Origin: a virus | Taxonomy: Duplodnaviria; Caudoviricetes | DNA length: 64,000 bases | Virus record (IMG/VR): IMGVR_UViG_3300033076_001145 | Location: 144,635 to 208,634 of that record | Direction: 5' to 3' (one strand) | Shown: positions 36,682 to 46,193 of the stretch, piece by piece | Position numbering within the stretch: position 1 is the first letter of the stretch | Layout of the letters: each line of letters begins with the position of its first letter | Translations under genes and position numbers: made by a program | The notes under the pieces: model-generated | The model's database searches: none | Told to the model about the DNA's origin: nothing | Seen by the model: only the letters and a program-made list of their open reading frames with translations

Positions 36682-37402
36682 GTATTATTTTTTCAATTAT
36701 TTTATCAATATTGTTTTTAACTTCGTAATCGCTAAATCTTAAAATCTTCCACCCCATTTGGGATAAAATTCTATCTCTTTCAATATCAATTTTTTTAACA
36801 TTTTTTAAATTATGTGTAGAACCATCAATCTCAATGTTAATTTTTAAATCAACGAATGCGAAATCTAATGAATATCTTAAAATTGGGTATTCCTGCGTCC
36901 ACCCATCAATACCATTCTTAATTAACGACTCTCTAAATAACCTTTCAGGATAACTTTCTTTTGATGAGTGATTTAATAAGTAAGGTATTTTACCTGGATT
37001 TTCATCTAAGTATTTTTTCCTAGATTTTGATATTTTCAATTTCTGTTCATCACTCATTTTCCTACCCTTTCCGATTTTAGATAATTTTTCTTTCCTGTCG
37101 TTTAATTTAGGATTTAAATAACAATTAACCTTATGACCTCCGAGAGACCTTCCATCATCATATTCAACACCACAAAAACTACAGATATGTTTTTTAATCA
37201 CTTTATTTTTAATTTCAAGTGATTTAGTTCTTGGTTTTCGTTTATGAACTGACAGATGACCTTTTAATTTTGAGATATTCTCAAATGGTCCCTTACCACA
37301 TTCGTGACAATAAAAATCACCAACATTATGAACACTCATATGTCCAGATAATTGATTTGGTTTTTCAAATTCTTTTTCGCAGATATTACATTTATACTCC
37401 AT
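36659..37402 (-). CDS. C2H2 zinc-finger / NUMOD3-like / Vsr-DUF559 endonuclease (putative homing endonuclease)
   Basis: CNIC..H..H repeats, KMSDEQKLKIS, ESYPE..YSLDFA..IEIDGSTH..RD..GWKILRF. Confidence 0.8.
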   Translation of the reverse strand: MEYKCNICEKEFEKPNQLSGHMSVHNVGDFYCHECGKGPFENISKLKGHLSVHKRKPRTKSLEIKNKVIKKHICSFCGVEYDDGRSLGGHKVNCYLNPKLNDRKEKLSKIGKGRKMSDEQKLKISKSRKKYLDENPGKIPYLLNHSSKESYPERLFRESLIKNGIDGWTQEYPILRYSLDFAFVDLKINIEIDGSTHNLKNVKKIDIERDRILSQMGWKILRFSDYEVKNNIDKIIEKIIHVSGRMV

Positions 37403-37453
37403 AATTATAAATATTTCGTAGGTCATTTTTTTAAACCACCTAACTAAAAAAAG

Positions 37454-37541
37454 TGACCCCGGTGGGACTCGAACCCACAACGGCTATACAGCTTCCCTAC
37501 TGATTAAAAGTCAGTTGCGCTACCAATTGCGCCACGAGGTC
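37454..37541 (-). tRNA. trnK: tRNA-Lys(TTT) with enlarged variable region
   Basis: ACTGA-CTTTTAA-TCAGT then ~20 nt including GCT-GTAT-AGC. Confidence 0.85.
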
Positions 37542-37552
37542 ATTAAATTTTG

Positions 37553-37624
37553 CGGTGATGGGGAATTTCGAAATCCCGACCCTCTGATTAACAGTCAGAT
37601 GCTCTGCCTCTGAGCTACATCACC
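37553..37624 (-). tRNA. trnN: tRNA-Asn(GTT)
   Basis: TCTGA-CTGTTAA-TCAGA, G73. Confidence 0.9.
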
Positions 37625-37662
37625 ATTTTTCCCAATATGTCAAAGAACCTTTTTGTAACACC

Positions 37663-37698
37663 AAAAAAAAACCCCGAACTTTTTTGTAGTTCAGGGTT
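37663..37698 (-). terminator. intrinsic terminator between leader ORF and tRNA cluster
   Basis: AACCCTGAACT/AGTTCGGGGTT hairpin plus T tract. Confidence 0.8.
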
Positions 37699-37723
37699 CC
37701 CTTTTTTATATTTGATGATACGC

Positions 37724-37837
37724 TTACATCTCATTAAGAACCCTTACTACGCTAAAATCTTGTCCCTTAATCGCAGACCATGTTTGGCCTACGGTTGTCG
37801 GTAGATTATTTACGCTATGTATTGAGTTCTGTTTCAT
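37724..37837 (-). CDS. putative 37-aa leader peptide
   Basis: MKQNSIHSVNNLPTTVGQTWSAIKGQDFSVVRVLNEM*, between promoter and terminator. Confidence 0.55.
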   Translation of the reverse strand: MKQNSIHSVNNLPTTVGQTWSAIKGQDFSVVRVLNEM

Positions 37838-37868
37838 TGTCTTATTTATTAAATATGTAATTGTTTGA

Positions 37869-37899
37869 CAAAAGTATAACTATTTTTCAGTTATGTCAA
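37869..37899 (-). promoter_or_regulatory. promoter of the leader/tRNA operon
   Basis: TTGAC ... TACTTTTG. Confidence 0.65.
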
Positions 37900-37906
37900 G
37901 TTTTTT

Positions 37907-38383
37907 TTAAATTTTTATTTCAAAATGTATGAAATTATAGTCATCTTTGAAGTATTCTATGTTGTATTCCATTCCTTCCTTCACTCTTTTTCTTATTGAA
38001 AGGAGTCCAATACCTGCTCCTCCCTTTTCACTAAACCCTTCTTGTCCGAGTTTATTGATAATCTTTTCTTTAATTTCTTCTTCACTTGAAGTGGTTACAC
38101 ATTGTAACCTTTTCTCGAGTTCCTCAGTTTTTTCTTTAAGTAATAAGTTACCTGTTTTGATGGTGTATGACTCTTCATTTTTAAGTAATTCAAAGTATGC
38201 AAATGTTTCACCATTTGGTGTTTTATCTGAGTGATGAATTACATTTTGTAGAGCTTCAACAATTAGGAAAGATATTTTTCTAATTAATGTTGGTTTTTCG
38301 TCTAATTTACTAACAAACTCAATCACCCCATCAAGATATTCTTGGGTGATGTTGCCTGAGTGTTGAAGTAAAGAGTTTTCCAT
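37907..38383 (-). CDS. SiaB-like / histidine kinase-like ATPase fold protein
   Basis: VEALQNVIHH..TGN..SEKGGAGIGL. Confidence 0.7.
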   Translation of the reverse strand: MENSLLQHSGNITQEYLDGVIEFVSKLDEKPTLIRKISFLIVEALQNVIHHSDKTPNGETFAYFELLKNEESYTIKTGNLLLKEKTEELEKRLQCVTTSSEEEIKEKIINKLGQEGFSEKGGAGIGLLSIRKRVKEGMEYNIEYFKDDYNFIHFEIKI

Positions 38384-38459
38384 TTGATTTATGTCAGTAT
38401 GCTAATATACTATACATAAATAGTTTTGGTTACACCTTTGGGATTTATTTAACAATTAT

Positions 38460-38972
38460 TTACTCGACAATAAAATAATATCCTATCTTATTTCCGATTT
38501 CACTATTAAGTATTTCGTCAACTATATCTTTAATTTCGAGTCTAACTTCCCAATATGCATCACTATGATTTAAAACATCCTCAATATTCTCGTCTCCATT
38601 TCCAATATTAACAACCCCATCAACATAACTTAATTTAACATATACATCTGAATTTTCCATGTCAATATCAACAATATCAATTTCAAAAATAAAATCATAT
38701 GTTCCCATACTGATATTGGGATAGTCACTTGTATCAAATTGTTTTTTGGAATAATCCATAAGTAACTTATACGCAACAGTGTCTCCCAAGAATTCTCTTA
38801 ATAACCCTAACAACTCTTTATACTTAGGTCCGAATCTTTTGATGTTAAACATCTTTAGGTGTATATCATCAATACTTGGGTCTTCACCAGAACTTATTTG
38901 GTCTTTCCAAATAATGTTGAATATCTCAGATAATGAGTTATTGCGCTGCGACTCTGTGATGATATACCTCAT
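38460..38972 (-). CDS. hypothetical protein with ITESQ leader
   Basis: MRYIITESQ. Confidence 0.7.
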   Translation of the reverse strand: MRYIITESQRNNSLSEIFNIIWKDQISSGEDPSIDDIHLKMFNIKRFGPKYKELLGLLREFLGDTVAYKLLMDYSKKQFDTSDYPNISMGTYDFIFEIDIVDIDMENSDVYVKLSYVDGVVNIGNGDENIEDVLNHSDAYWEVRLEIKDIVDEILNSEIGNKIGYYFIVE

Positions 38973-39937
38973 AACTTTGTTGTAACCACCGATTCATGGT
39001 CCACATAAAATGAACCCCTTGGATTTGATGGGAATTGATTAACAGGAGTATCAACACATTTCATCCCAACAACTGTTACTGGCATGTATTTTTTAACAAG
39101 TAATATTTTCCCACTTGTTGTTACATAGGCCACCAAATTAATATCATTTGGTCTAATGAAAACTCCACCTCGAGAATAAACCAAATAACCACCAGGTCTT
39201 TGTTTATTTGTAAATTTGGTCCCATCTTCCTCACATGGAGTCTGACTAACCTCTTTAATTGAGCCAACAGTTTTAACCTGGATTTTGGCAATTCTTCCAT
39301 CCTTGGTTCTCATAATAATATCAATTCCAAGTTTGGTGTCGATTGGACTTCCTTCAGTTGCTTGGTAAATCAATTGCCAACTATATTTTTTTGTTAGTAA
39401 ATCAATAACATCTTGTTCGCTCTTGTCACCAACTTTTGTATTTCTTGTATTGTTTTCAGTATATCTATCAGTATTTGTTTCAAGATATTCTCGATAATAT
39501 TCCTCAGGATTGTTTTGAATTTTAACAGCAAGTTCTGATAACTTTGATTTGTCATTATTGTCTAACATTTCCAAAATCTCACAAGTATCTTCACCCTCAT
39601 TTAAAAGTATATCAATAACAAGTCTTGTAATGTCAGAATAATTTGTATTCAACTTATTAAGTCTTGTCCAATTTCCTTGGGAATCATAAACAAATTCCAT
39701 GTCAAGAATTGAGTCGAATTGAGAAGGGTCTTTTCCGATTAAAGTTAGAATTTCATTGTATTTCTCTCTATCCCCATTCCATTTTTGAATGTGGGGTTTA
39801 ATCATCTCCTCAACAGGTTTTCTAAAAGTCGTTAAAATTTGTCTGTTATTTAATTTGGCAAATAAATCCTTCTCACAAAGATTTTCATTCTCTTTGATTA
39901 CTTTTTTTAACTGACTCTCCGTTAATATTACTTTCAT
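38969..39937 (-). CDS. protein with LTESQ leader and PD-(D/E)xK-like motif
   Basis: MKVILTESQL; GDKSE..GIDII..IQVK. Confidence 0.65.
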   Translation of the reverse strand: MKVILTESQLKKVIKENENLCEKDLFAKLNNRQILTTFRKPVEEMIKPHIQKWNGDREKYNEILTLIGKDPSQFDSILDMEFVYDSQGNWTRLNKLNTNYSDITRLVIDILLNEGEDTCEILEMLDNNDKSKLSELAVKIQNNPEEYYREYLETNTDRYTENNTRNTKVGDKSEQDVIDLLTKKYSWQLIYQATEGSPIDTKLGIDIIMRTKDGRIAKIQVKTVGSIKEVSQTPCEEDGTKFTNKQRPGGYLVYSRGGVFIRPNDINLVAYVTTSGKILLVKKYMPVTVVGMKCVDTPVNQFPSNPRGSFYVDHESVVTTKL

Positions 39938-40263
39938 TTTCTATCTCGGTAAATTCTAAATGTGGTAACCCACGGTTTTATGTTATCCTCAACTTCAAAA
40001 CCGTATTTTTGGATAAACCACTTTTCTATTAAATAGTCAGCATCAGCGTACCTTAATCTGAAATATTTTTTCAGTTCCCTAATTACATTATCATGAAACT
40101 CAAGTGTTTTCTTTTCAAAATTATATCTGAAATCAAAATAGTCAGGGTCTTTTTGATTAACCAAAAAGAAATCATACTTATCTTGAAAGGTGTCATAATC
40201 ATTCCCATCTAAATAGGAAAATACAATTGATTCTATTTCTTTATCGTATGCCATAATTACCAA
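39934..40263 (-). CDS. distant DFIQI family member
   Basis: DKEIESIVFSYLDG..IEKWF. Confidence 0.65.
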   Translation of the reverse strand: MVIMAYDKEIESIVFSYLDGNDYDTFQDKYDFFLVNQKDPDYFDFRYNFEKKTLEFHDNVIRELKKYFRLRYADADYLIEKWFIQKYGFEVEDNIKPWVTTFRIYRDRK

Positions 40264-40628
40264 TCAATACCGGGGCCAGATGTCCTTTCATCTATTATTT
40301 CATTTTCAATAAAATTAATTTTTGGGAAATGTGTTTTGCTGAGTCTATATCCAATTTCATTTAAAGTATTTTCAAAATCGTATCTTGGGTAATTTAAATA
40401 TATATTAACATAAACATTTAATACTTCATCGTTTTCAATCCTGTCAATTTTAATTTTATCTATCGCCTCAATTTCATGTAATTCATCCATTTCACCCATT
40501 CCCCATTCCTCAGATTCATCCCTAATCTTATCCAAAGTAAAATCAACATAATATTGAATAACCTCAGTTAAATCGTTTTCATAATTCTTTAACTTTTGAT
40601 GTTGTGACTCTGTGATGATGTATTTCAT
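40257..40628 (-). CDS. hypothetical protein with ITESQ leader
   Basis: MKYIITESQ. Confidence 0.7.
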   Translation of the reverse strand: MKYIITESQHQKLKNYENDLTEVIQYYVDFTLDKIRDESEEWGMGEMDELHEIEAIDKIKIDRIENDEVLNVYVNIYLNYPRYDFENTLNEIGYRLSKTHFPKINFIENEIIDERTSGPGIDW

Positions 40629-40640
40629 TAATAATAAATA

Positions 40641-41213
40641 TTACCCTTCCAAGAAAGATATTACCTTTTCTTTAACCCCAACTTGTTTGATACCTTCATT
40701 ACGCATTGGTGTTAAAACAAAGTTGTCCAATCCCCATTCATGTTCAAATTCCATTCCATAATGAAGTCCGGTCTTTGCCATATTCAAATCATCAATCGCA
40801 ACCCAATGTGTAACTTCGGGATGGCCATTTAACCACTCTGTAATTTCTAAACTTCTTGTTCCTTCCAAATCCCAATTTCGGTACCAAGTAACTTTACCGC
40901 CATCAATCATGTTTCCTGTAAAATCAATTGGTCGTTTGATGATACCCTGTCTTTCGTAGTAATCACCCATTTCTTCAACTGAACACCAATTTTTCCAATC
41001 AGAGGATACAACAATCTCAGCACCAGTCTTTTCCAAGATTTCGTTTAATACCTTAATTGCCTTCTTGTCAAAATTATCAAAACGAGCATCAACCGGCATT
41101 GACATAACATCCTGACTCAACTTCTTTCTCTCCTTTTGCTGTTTCTTAAATCGTGACCCCCAATTACCTGATAAACAGATAACTCCATCGTGGTCAAGTA
41201 GTATAATGCGCAT
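40641..41213 (-). CDS. HAD-superfamily protein (Swiss-army-knife RNA-repair type HAD)
   Basis: LDHDGV, VSSDW, R..EI..WL, WVAIDD. Confidence 0.75.
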   Translation of the reverse strand: MRIILLDHDGVICLSGNWGSRFKKQQKERKKLSQDVMSMPVDARFDNFDKKAIKVLNEILEKTGAEIVVSSDWKNWCSVEEMGDYYERQGIIKRPIDFTGNMIDGGKVTWYRNWDLEGTRSLEITEWLNGHPEVTHWVAIDDLNMAKTGLHYGMEFEHEWGLDNFVLTPMRNEGIKQVGVKEKVISFLEG

Positions 41214-41956
41214 TATATTATATGTTTTTCTTTAATATAGTTTTTAATTTCATTCAAATATACATCATCAACATCACTCATCCAAAAATTTCTTTTTTTA
41301 TTATTTTCACTTTTAGTCAATAACTGTAAATTTCTAAAATCATTAACCACAGATGCCGGTGTATCTTCTTTAAACCACGTTATTGGTATTTTATGGTCAA
41401 TTTCATACTTAACCCAATCCGAAGATAAAGTTTCTAAGTATTTTTTAAGTTCTTCAGGGGAATATCCTAATAAAACTATTGTTCTATCATCTTTATCTTT
41501 TTTTATTTTTTTCAAAGTTTCCTTTAATAGATATCTCCATCGGTGTTTTTCAGGATTTTCCTTTCTACTTTTCTGAGCAGATTTTCTATTATATTCTTTG
41601 TGTTTTTCAATATTTTCTTCCCTCCATTTTTTATTTTTTTCACCAACTTTTTCATTATTTTCAGAGTAATATTCTTTATATCTATCCCTAATGTATTCTT
41701 TATTATCATCCCTATATTTTTGAAAATACTCTTTATTTTTTTCCCTATACTCTTTTGATTTTTGTCGGTAATATTCTTTATTCTTTTCCCAATTTTCTTT
41801 TGATTTTTTCCTGAAGTAATCTTTACCTCTCAAATCATTAAGTTTTTTTGAGCACATCTTACATAATGAACTACCCTTATAAAATTCATTAACCGTTTTT
41901 TCAATTCCACACGCTGTAAAATTGACTCGTTTAGTTTTACATATTTTTGTCTCCAT
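41213..41956 (-). CDS. HNH homing-endonuclease-like protein
   Basis: CK.C, K/E-rich helical repeats, LLGYS..EIDHKIP..NLQLL..EN.KK. Confidence 0.8.
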   Translation of the reverse strand: METKICKTKRVNFTACGIEKTVNEFYKGSSLCKMCSKKLNDLRGKDYFRKKSKENWEKNKEYYRQKSKEYREKNKEYFQKYRDDNKEYIRDRYKEYYSENNEKVGEKNKKWREENIEKHKEYNRKSAQKSRKENPEKHRWRYLLKETLKKIKKDKDDRTIVLLGYSPEELKKYLETLSSDWVKYEIDHKIPITWFKEDTPASVVNDFRNLQLLTKSENNKKRNFWMSDVDDVYLNEIKNYIKEKHII

Positions 41957-42185
41957 ATATATAAATATATGTGTAGGTCAAAAAAAATTACTTTTACTTC
42001 TTCTTTGAGAATTTCTCTCGGTTTGTTTGTTTCTTTTCGGGCGGGTGTTTATACTTAATCTCAACTGAGATTGGCCCGTTTTTGAATTTGGTTAAATCAT
42101 AAGTCCAGATTGTAACCGCTTCGTCATCTTCATAAACTTGTTGGTATTGTTCCTTTTTACTCATAATGGGAACAAAGATACGACA

Positions 42186-42671
42186 TTATTTGTTATTTTC
42201 CAAATCTTTTATAAGGGGGACAAAATCTTCAGATGGTGAAAATTCAAAGTTATCAATAACGATAGGTATCGTTATATTGAATAATTTTAAATAATCCTCA
42301 ATGTCTTGCCTTGTTTGAACATAAAATTCAAACCATTGATTGGCAACATTTTGTCTTCCGGTCGTCTTATGTTTGTGACCAAAATGTGATAAGTATAAAT
42401 TAATCATACCTTCACCATTAACTAATTTAACTGAAACAAAAAGGTGGTCAATATCTTCACCAACACTTCTTAATTTTCCAACACCATCAATATGGAATTG
42501 GTAATATGCTTTAGCAGTTTGACTATCATTAAAAGAAACTTTATGTTCATACTCAAAAGTCTGACCCTCTATAAAATTATTAATACTCGATATCTGCTCC
42601 TTAGAAATTGTTTCATTAAGAGACATTCTTATCTTTTTTAATTGTTGTTCAGATACTATGATATTCATCAC
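42186..42671 (-). CDS. hypothetical protein with VSEQQ leader
   Basis: MNIIVSEQQLKKI. Confidence 0.7.
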   Translation of the reverse strand: MMNIIVSEQQLKKIRMSLNETISKEQISSINNFIEGQTFEYEHKVSFNDSQTAKAYYQFHIDGVGKLRSVGEDIDHLFVSVKLVNGEGMINLYLSHFGHKHKTTGRQNVANQWFEFYVQTRQDIEDYLKLFNITIPIVIDNFEFSPSEDFVPLIKDLENNK

Positions 42672-42982
42672 TTACCAATTACTAATTCGTCATAACTTAG
42701 ATTATCCATACCCTTACCCATCTCATCTTCCATTTCTTCATAAAAGTATGATTTTGCCACGGATGTTATTGATTGTTCAGATTGAGCGATTTTACTTTCC
42801 ATCCAATCCTCTAACTGAGCACCTTCCTCTAAATTTTGCCACATCTCATAAGCCAAAGTTGCAATAATAAAAAGTTGTTGCTTTGCCATATAACTACCTT
42901 CAGGTTTTTTTCCACCTGTTTCGTTATTTAAATTTTCTTTGATTTTCTGTAGTTGAGCTTCGCTTAATTTATATTTAGCCAT
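42668..42982 (-). CDS. hypothetical protein with LSEAQ leader
   Basis: MAKYKLSEAQL..EGSYMAKQQL..LEDWMESKI. Confidence 0.7.
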   Translation of the reverse strand: MAKYKLSEAQLQKIKENLNNETGGKKPEGSYMAKQQLFIIATLAYEMWQNLEEGAQLEDWMESKIAQSEQSITSVAKSYFYEEMEDEMGKGMDNLSYDELVIGK

Positions 42983-43088
42983 GATAGTTTTTATTATAAA
43001 TATTATGTAAATAAAAAAAAGGGAACTTTCGTTCCCTTTTGAGCCCGATTCGGATTGAATCAGTCCACCACTTTGGGTTTTCCAAAGA

Positions 43089-43346
43089 TTATTTAGAGAC
43101 CTTTGCCAAGACTTGCTCAGTGTAGGTAACAGTTTCGTTTTTAGTGAATATAATACAGTTTTTCAAAATATTACTCGGAATTTGAATCAATGTGTCTGTC
43201 ACATTGAAGTATTTGAATGTCTCACCGTACTCGATTGAATCATTAACCAATTTCAAAAATAATTTACACTGAACTTCATCTGTGAATGAAATTGATAATA
43301 CATTTCCGATTACTTCGTGGTATATGTTTAATGTTGTCTGTTTCAT
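43089..43346 (-). CDS. hypothetical protein
   Basis: 85 aa after TATCTTTG. Confidence 0.65.
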   Translation of the reverse strand: MKQTTLNIYHEVIGNVLSISFTDEVQCKLFLKLVNDSIEYGETFKYFNVTDTLIQIPSNILKNCIIFTKNETVTYTEQVLAKVSK

Positions 43347-43372
43347 ACCACAAAGATAATTATATTTTCTTA

Positions 43373-44332
43373 CTATCCAAACTTTTTTAAATAATAATCA
43401 ATAGTTTTTTCAATCCCTTCATCAATACCTACTTTAGGTTTCCATCCTAATTCATTATTAATTTTACTATAATTAATTGAGTACCTGAAGTCATGTCCTT
43501 TTCTATCTTCAACAAAGGTGATTAAGTTCTTAGAATCTCTTCCCCATTTTTTTAACTTATCAATCTTTTCACAAATCAATTTTGTCATTTCTAAATTTGT
43601 GATTTCATTATCTCCACCAATACAATAAGTCTCACCAATTTTCCCATTATGAAAAATCATATCAATCGCATCAACATGGTCCATAACATATAACCAGTCT
43701 CTAACATTTGAACCATTACCGTAGATTGGTATTTTTTTACCCTCCAAAATATTTTTTATCGCCTTTGGAATTAACTTTTCGTTGTGTTGATTGGGTCCGT
43801 AGTTATTTGAACAATTTGAAATTACAACGGGTAAATTATATGTGTGGTGATAAGCCCTAACGAAATGGTCTGAAGATGCTTTAGATGCCGAATAGGGACT
43901 TCTTGGGTCATATGGAGTTTCTTCATTAAATGACCCTTCATTACCTAATTGTCCAAAAACCTCATCTGTCGATATGTGGTAAAACAATTCAATACCATAT
44001 TTAACACAAGCATCCAATAAATTAGCAGTTCCAATAACATTTGTATAAATGAACTCCATAGGATTTTCAATTGAATTATCAACATGTGACTCCGCAGCAA
44101 AATGAATAACCTTATTAAATTTATACAAATCAAATAAAGAGAATAATCTATCCCTATCAGTTATACTAAATTTAATTATTCTTGCGTGTTTATGGTCTTC
44201 AATATTATTAATATTGGATGCGTAAGTACCAGAATCTAATATTGTTATATTATAATTCGGATACTTTGTTTTAAAATAATTGTAGAAATTGGACCCAATA
44301 AATCCCAATCCACCTGTGATTAATAAATTCAT
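43373..44332 (-). CDS. rfbB: dTDP-glucose 4,6-dehydratase
   Basis: TGGLGFIGS, HFAAESHVD, STDEV, YSASK, NCSNNYGP, DRKGHD. Confidence 0.93.
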   Translation of the reverse strand: MNLLITGGLGFIGSNFYNYFKTKYPNYNITILDSGTYASNINNIEDHKHARIIKFSITDRDRLFSLFDLYKFNKVIHFAAESHVDNSIENPMEFIYTNVIGTANLLDACVKYGIELFYHISTDEVFGQLGNEGSFNEETPYDPRSPYSASKASSDHFVRAYHHTYNLPVVISNCSNNYGPNQHNEKLIPKAIKNILEGKKIPIYGNGSNVRDWLYVMDHVDAIDMIFHNGKIGETYCIGGDNEITNLEMTKLICEKIDKLKKWGRDSKNLITFVEDRKGHDFRYSINYSKINNELGWKPKVGIDEGIEKTIDYYLKKFG

Positions 44333-44592
44333 TTTTCGATTTTCAAAATAAATTCTGACTTTGTTTTGTCGAACTCTTCCTTTTCAATTTCATTCCAAGA
44401 AAGTTCATTTAAGAACCTCTTAAATTCCTTATCTTTTATTTTTTTCAAATACTTCAATAAGTCTTCTTCAGTTGCAGTTGGATTAACTTCCATGAATTGT
44501 TTAATTAATGGAAACTTTTCCAAGTCTATATCTTCCAGTTGTCTTACACCTGTATAGTAGTGTTTCTCAACAACTCCTATTTTTACTTTCAT
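44329..44592 (-). CDS. hypothetical protein
   Basis: 87 aa, coupled to rfbB. Confidence 0.6.
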   Translation of the reverse strand: MKVKIGVVEKHYYTGVRQLEDIDLEKFPLIKQFMEVNPTATEEDLLKYLKKIKDKEFKRFLNELSWNEIEKEEFDKTKSEFILKIEK

Positions 44593-44624
44593 AAGATAAG
44601 TTTAGTAAAAATTATTTTAATTGT

Positions 44625-45038
44625 CTATACGTATTCAACAGATATTGTTTTTGTATCAATACCATAAGAGGTAAGTAGAGGATGTAATCCGTATCTGATT
44701 AAAAATGCCCACGGTTGGAAGAATTTATTAATGTAGTTACTAATCTTTCCACTTGAATCCGGTAGATACTCTTCCTTCTCAAAATCATAGAATTCAGATT
44801 GCTCTTTTTTAACTTCTTCTTCAAAAGATTTATCAATATATAAAGTTAGAGTAACATTTTGGGGTTTCCAAACAAGTTTTCTGACAAAAGGGGTTGAATA
44901 CAAATATTTCATATCCCCTTCTAGTTTAATATCTTTAATATATGGAAATACCTCTTGTAATTCATCTAACATTATTTTACCAATTTCATCAGGTAAAATC
45001 ATTTTTTTAGTATCTCCCAAGTAATGAGTTTCTTCCAT
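44625..45038 (-). CDS. hypothetical protein
   Basis: 137 aa, coupled to the lysin stop. Confidence 0.65.
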   Translation of the reverse strand: MEETHYLGDTKKMILPDEIGKIMLDELQEVFPYIKDIKLEGDMKYLYSTPFVRKLVWKPQNVTLTLYIDKSFEEEVKKEQSEFYDFEKEEYLPDSSGKISNYINKFFQPWAFLIRYGLHPLLTSYGIDTKTISVEYV

Positions 45039-45874
45039 TATTTAAGTAAGTTGTAGTATTCTTTGAAGTGTTTGATTCTATCAGGTAATCCAATTGTTCC
45101 TCCGTTTACTCTTTTAGTTACCGCAGTTACCGTAGCGTCATCAGCACCCTTATCACAAATAGACCAAAGTTTATTTGAGTCAAAGAAAAATGCCGCAGAT
45201 GCTAATGGATATTTGGTAGCAACTAAATCAGGGTTAGATACAGTATCTTCTCCGATAAACTTTGCGAAGTTAGTATAATTTTGCTTACCAGTCAACTGAA
45301 TATACCCTCTTCCGCGAAATTTAAACCCTTCACCTGTTGATTCATCACCATTACCCATTCTTCCACCATACACTTTAGATGCAATCTTTTCAGGGTTTCT
45401 AGCATATCCTTCAGCTAAATTACCAGGGAAATACTTTGGGAAGATTTTCTTTAGTCCGTCAGCAGAATAATTTAAATTCTCCTGAACTGCCTTAAAACCT
45501 CCTGATTCGTGACCACACTGAGCCAAGAAATGAGCAAGTCTTAATGGATTTGTAATATTAAATTTCTTAGCAGTGTCAGGAATTTGAGCAATTACACTAT
45601 CAGGAATATGTCCTTTCAAATTTTGTAATTTAAATTCTGAACTTACAGGAATTACAACATCTTCTTTTATCACTTGAGCTGGTTGGGTAGGAGCCCCAAA
45701 CATTTTTGACCAAGTCCCATCACCAACAATTCCGTCAGCAGTTAATCCGTTTGCCGCTTGCCATTCTTTTACTTTAGCTGCAGTTCCGTTACCGAATATT
45801 CCATCAGCAGTTAATCCTAATTTTGCTTGGAGTTTTTTAACATCTTCTCCGTTTGAACCAATTTTTAATAACAT
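45038..45874 (-). CDS. endolysin: peptidoglycan-binding domain plus glycoside hydrolase family 19
   Basis: GS.GEDVK.LQ..ADGIFG..T; AHFLAQCGHES, FRGRGYIQLTG, VNGG. Confidence 0.9.
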   Translation of the reverse strand: MLLKIGSNGEDVKKLQAKLGLTADGIFGNGTAAKVKEWQAANGLTADGIVGDGTWSKMFGAPTQPAQVIKEDVVIPVSSEFKLQNLKGHIPDSVIAQIPDTAKKFNITNPLRLAHFLAQCGHESGGFKAVQENLNYSADGLKKIFPKYFPGNLAEGYARNPEKIASKVYGGRMGNGDESTGEGFKFRGRGYIQLTGKQNYTNFAKFIGEDTVSNPDLVATKYPLASAAFFFDSNKLWSICDKGADDATVTAVTKRVNGGTIGLPDRIKHFKEYYNLLK

Positions 45875-45911
45875 AATTTTATAGTTTTAACTATAAATAT
45901 TTTAAAATTGA

Positions 45912-46136
45912 TTACTTTTTGGTGTAAATGTAAAAATGTTCTCCGATTTCTTTCGTATATCTTTCAATATACTTACCCTCACAAGCTTTTTTTAGGTCAC
46001 TGGTCAATGCAAAATGTTCATCCTCATCTAAGGTAGGTTGTATTTTTATTTCATATTCCATCTTATTTGGTAATTCTTTTTCTTTCACCTCAGCCCAAGA
46101 TGGAAGAACTTCTTTTAAGTTTTCTAGTATTGACAT
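45912..46136 (-). CDS. hypothetical protein
   Basis: 74-aa ORF. Confidence 0.6.
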   Translation of the reverse strand: MSILENLKEVLPSWAEVKEKELPNKMEYEIKIQPTLDEDEHFALTSDLKKACEGKYIERYTKEIGEHFYIYTKK

Positions 46137-46193
46137 ATTAGTAATTATCTACTTATAACAAAAAAACCCATCAGAACGACGGGTCAAATAAAC

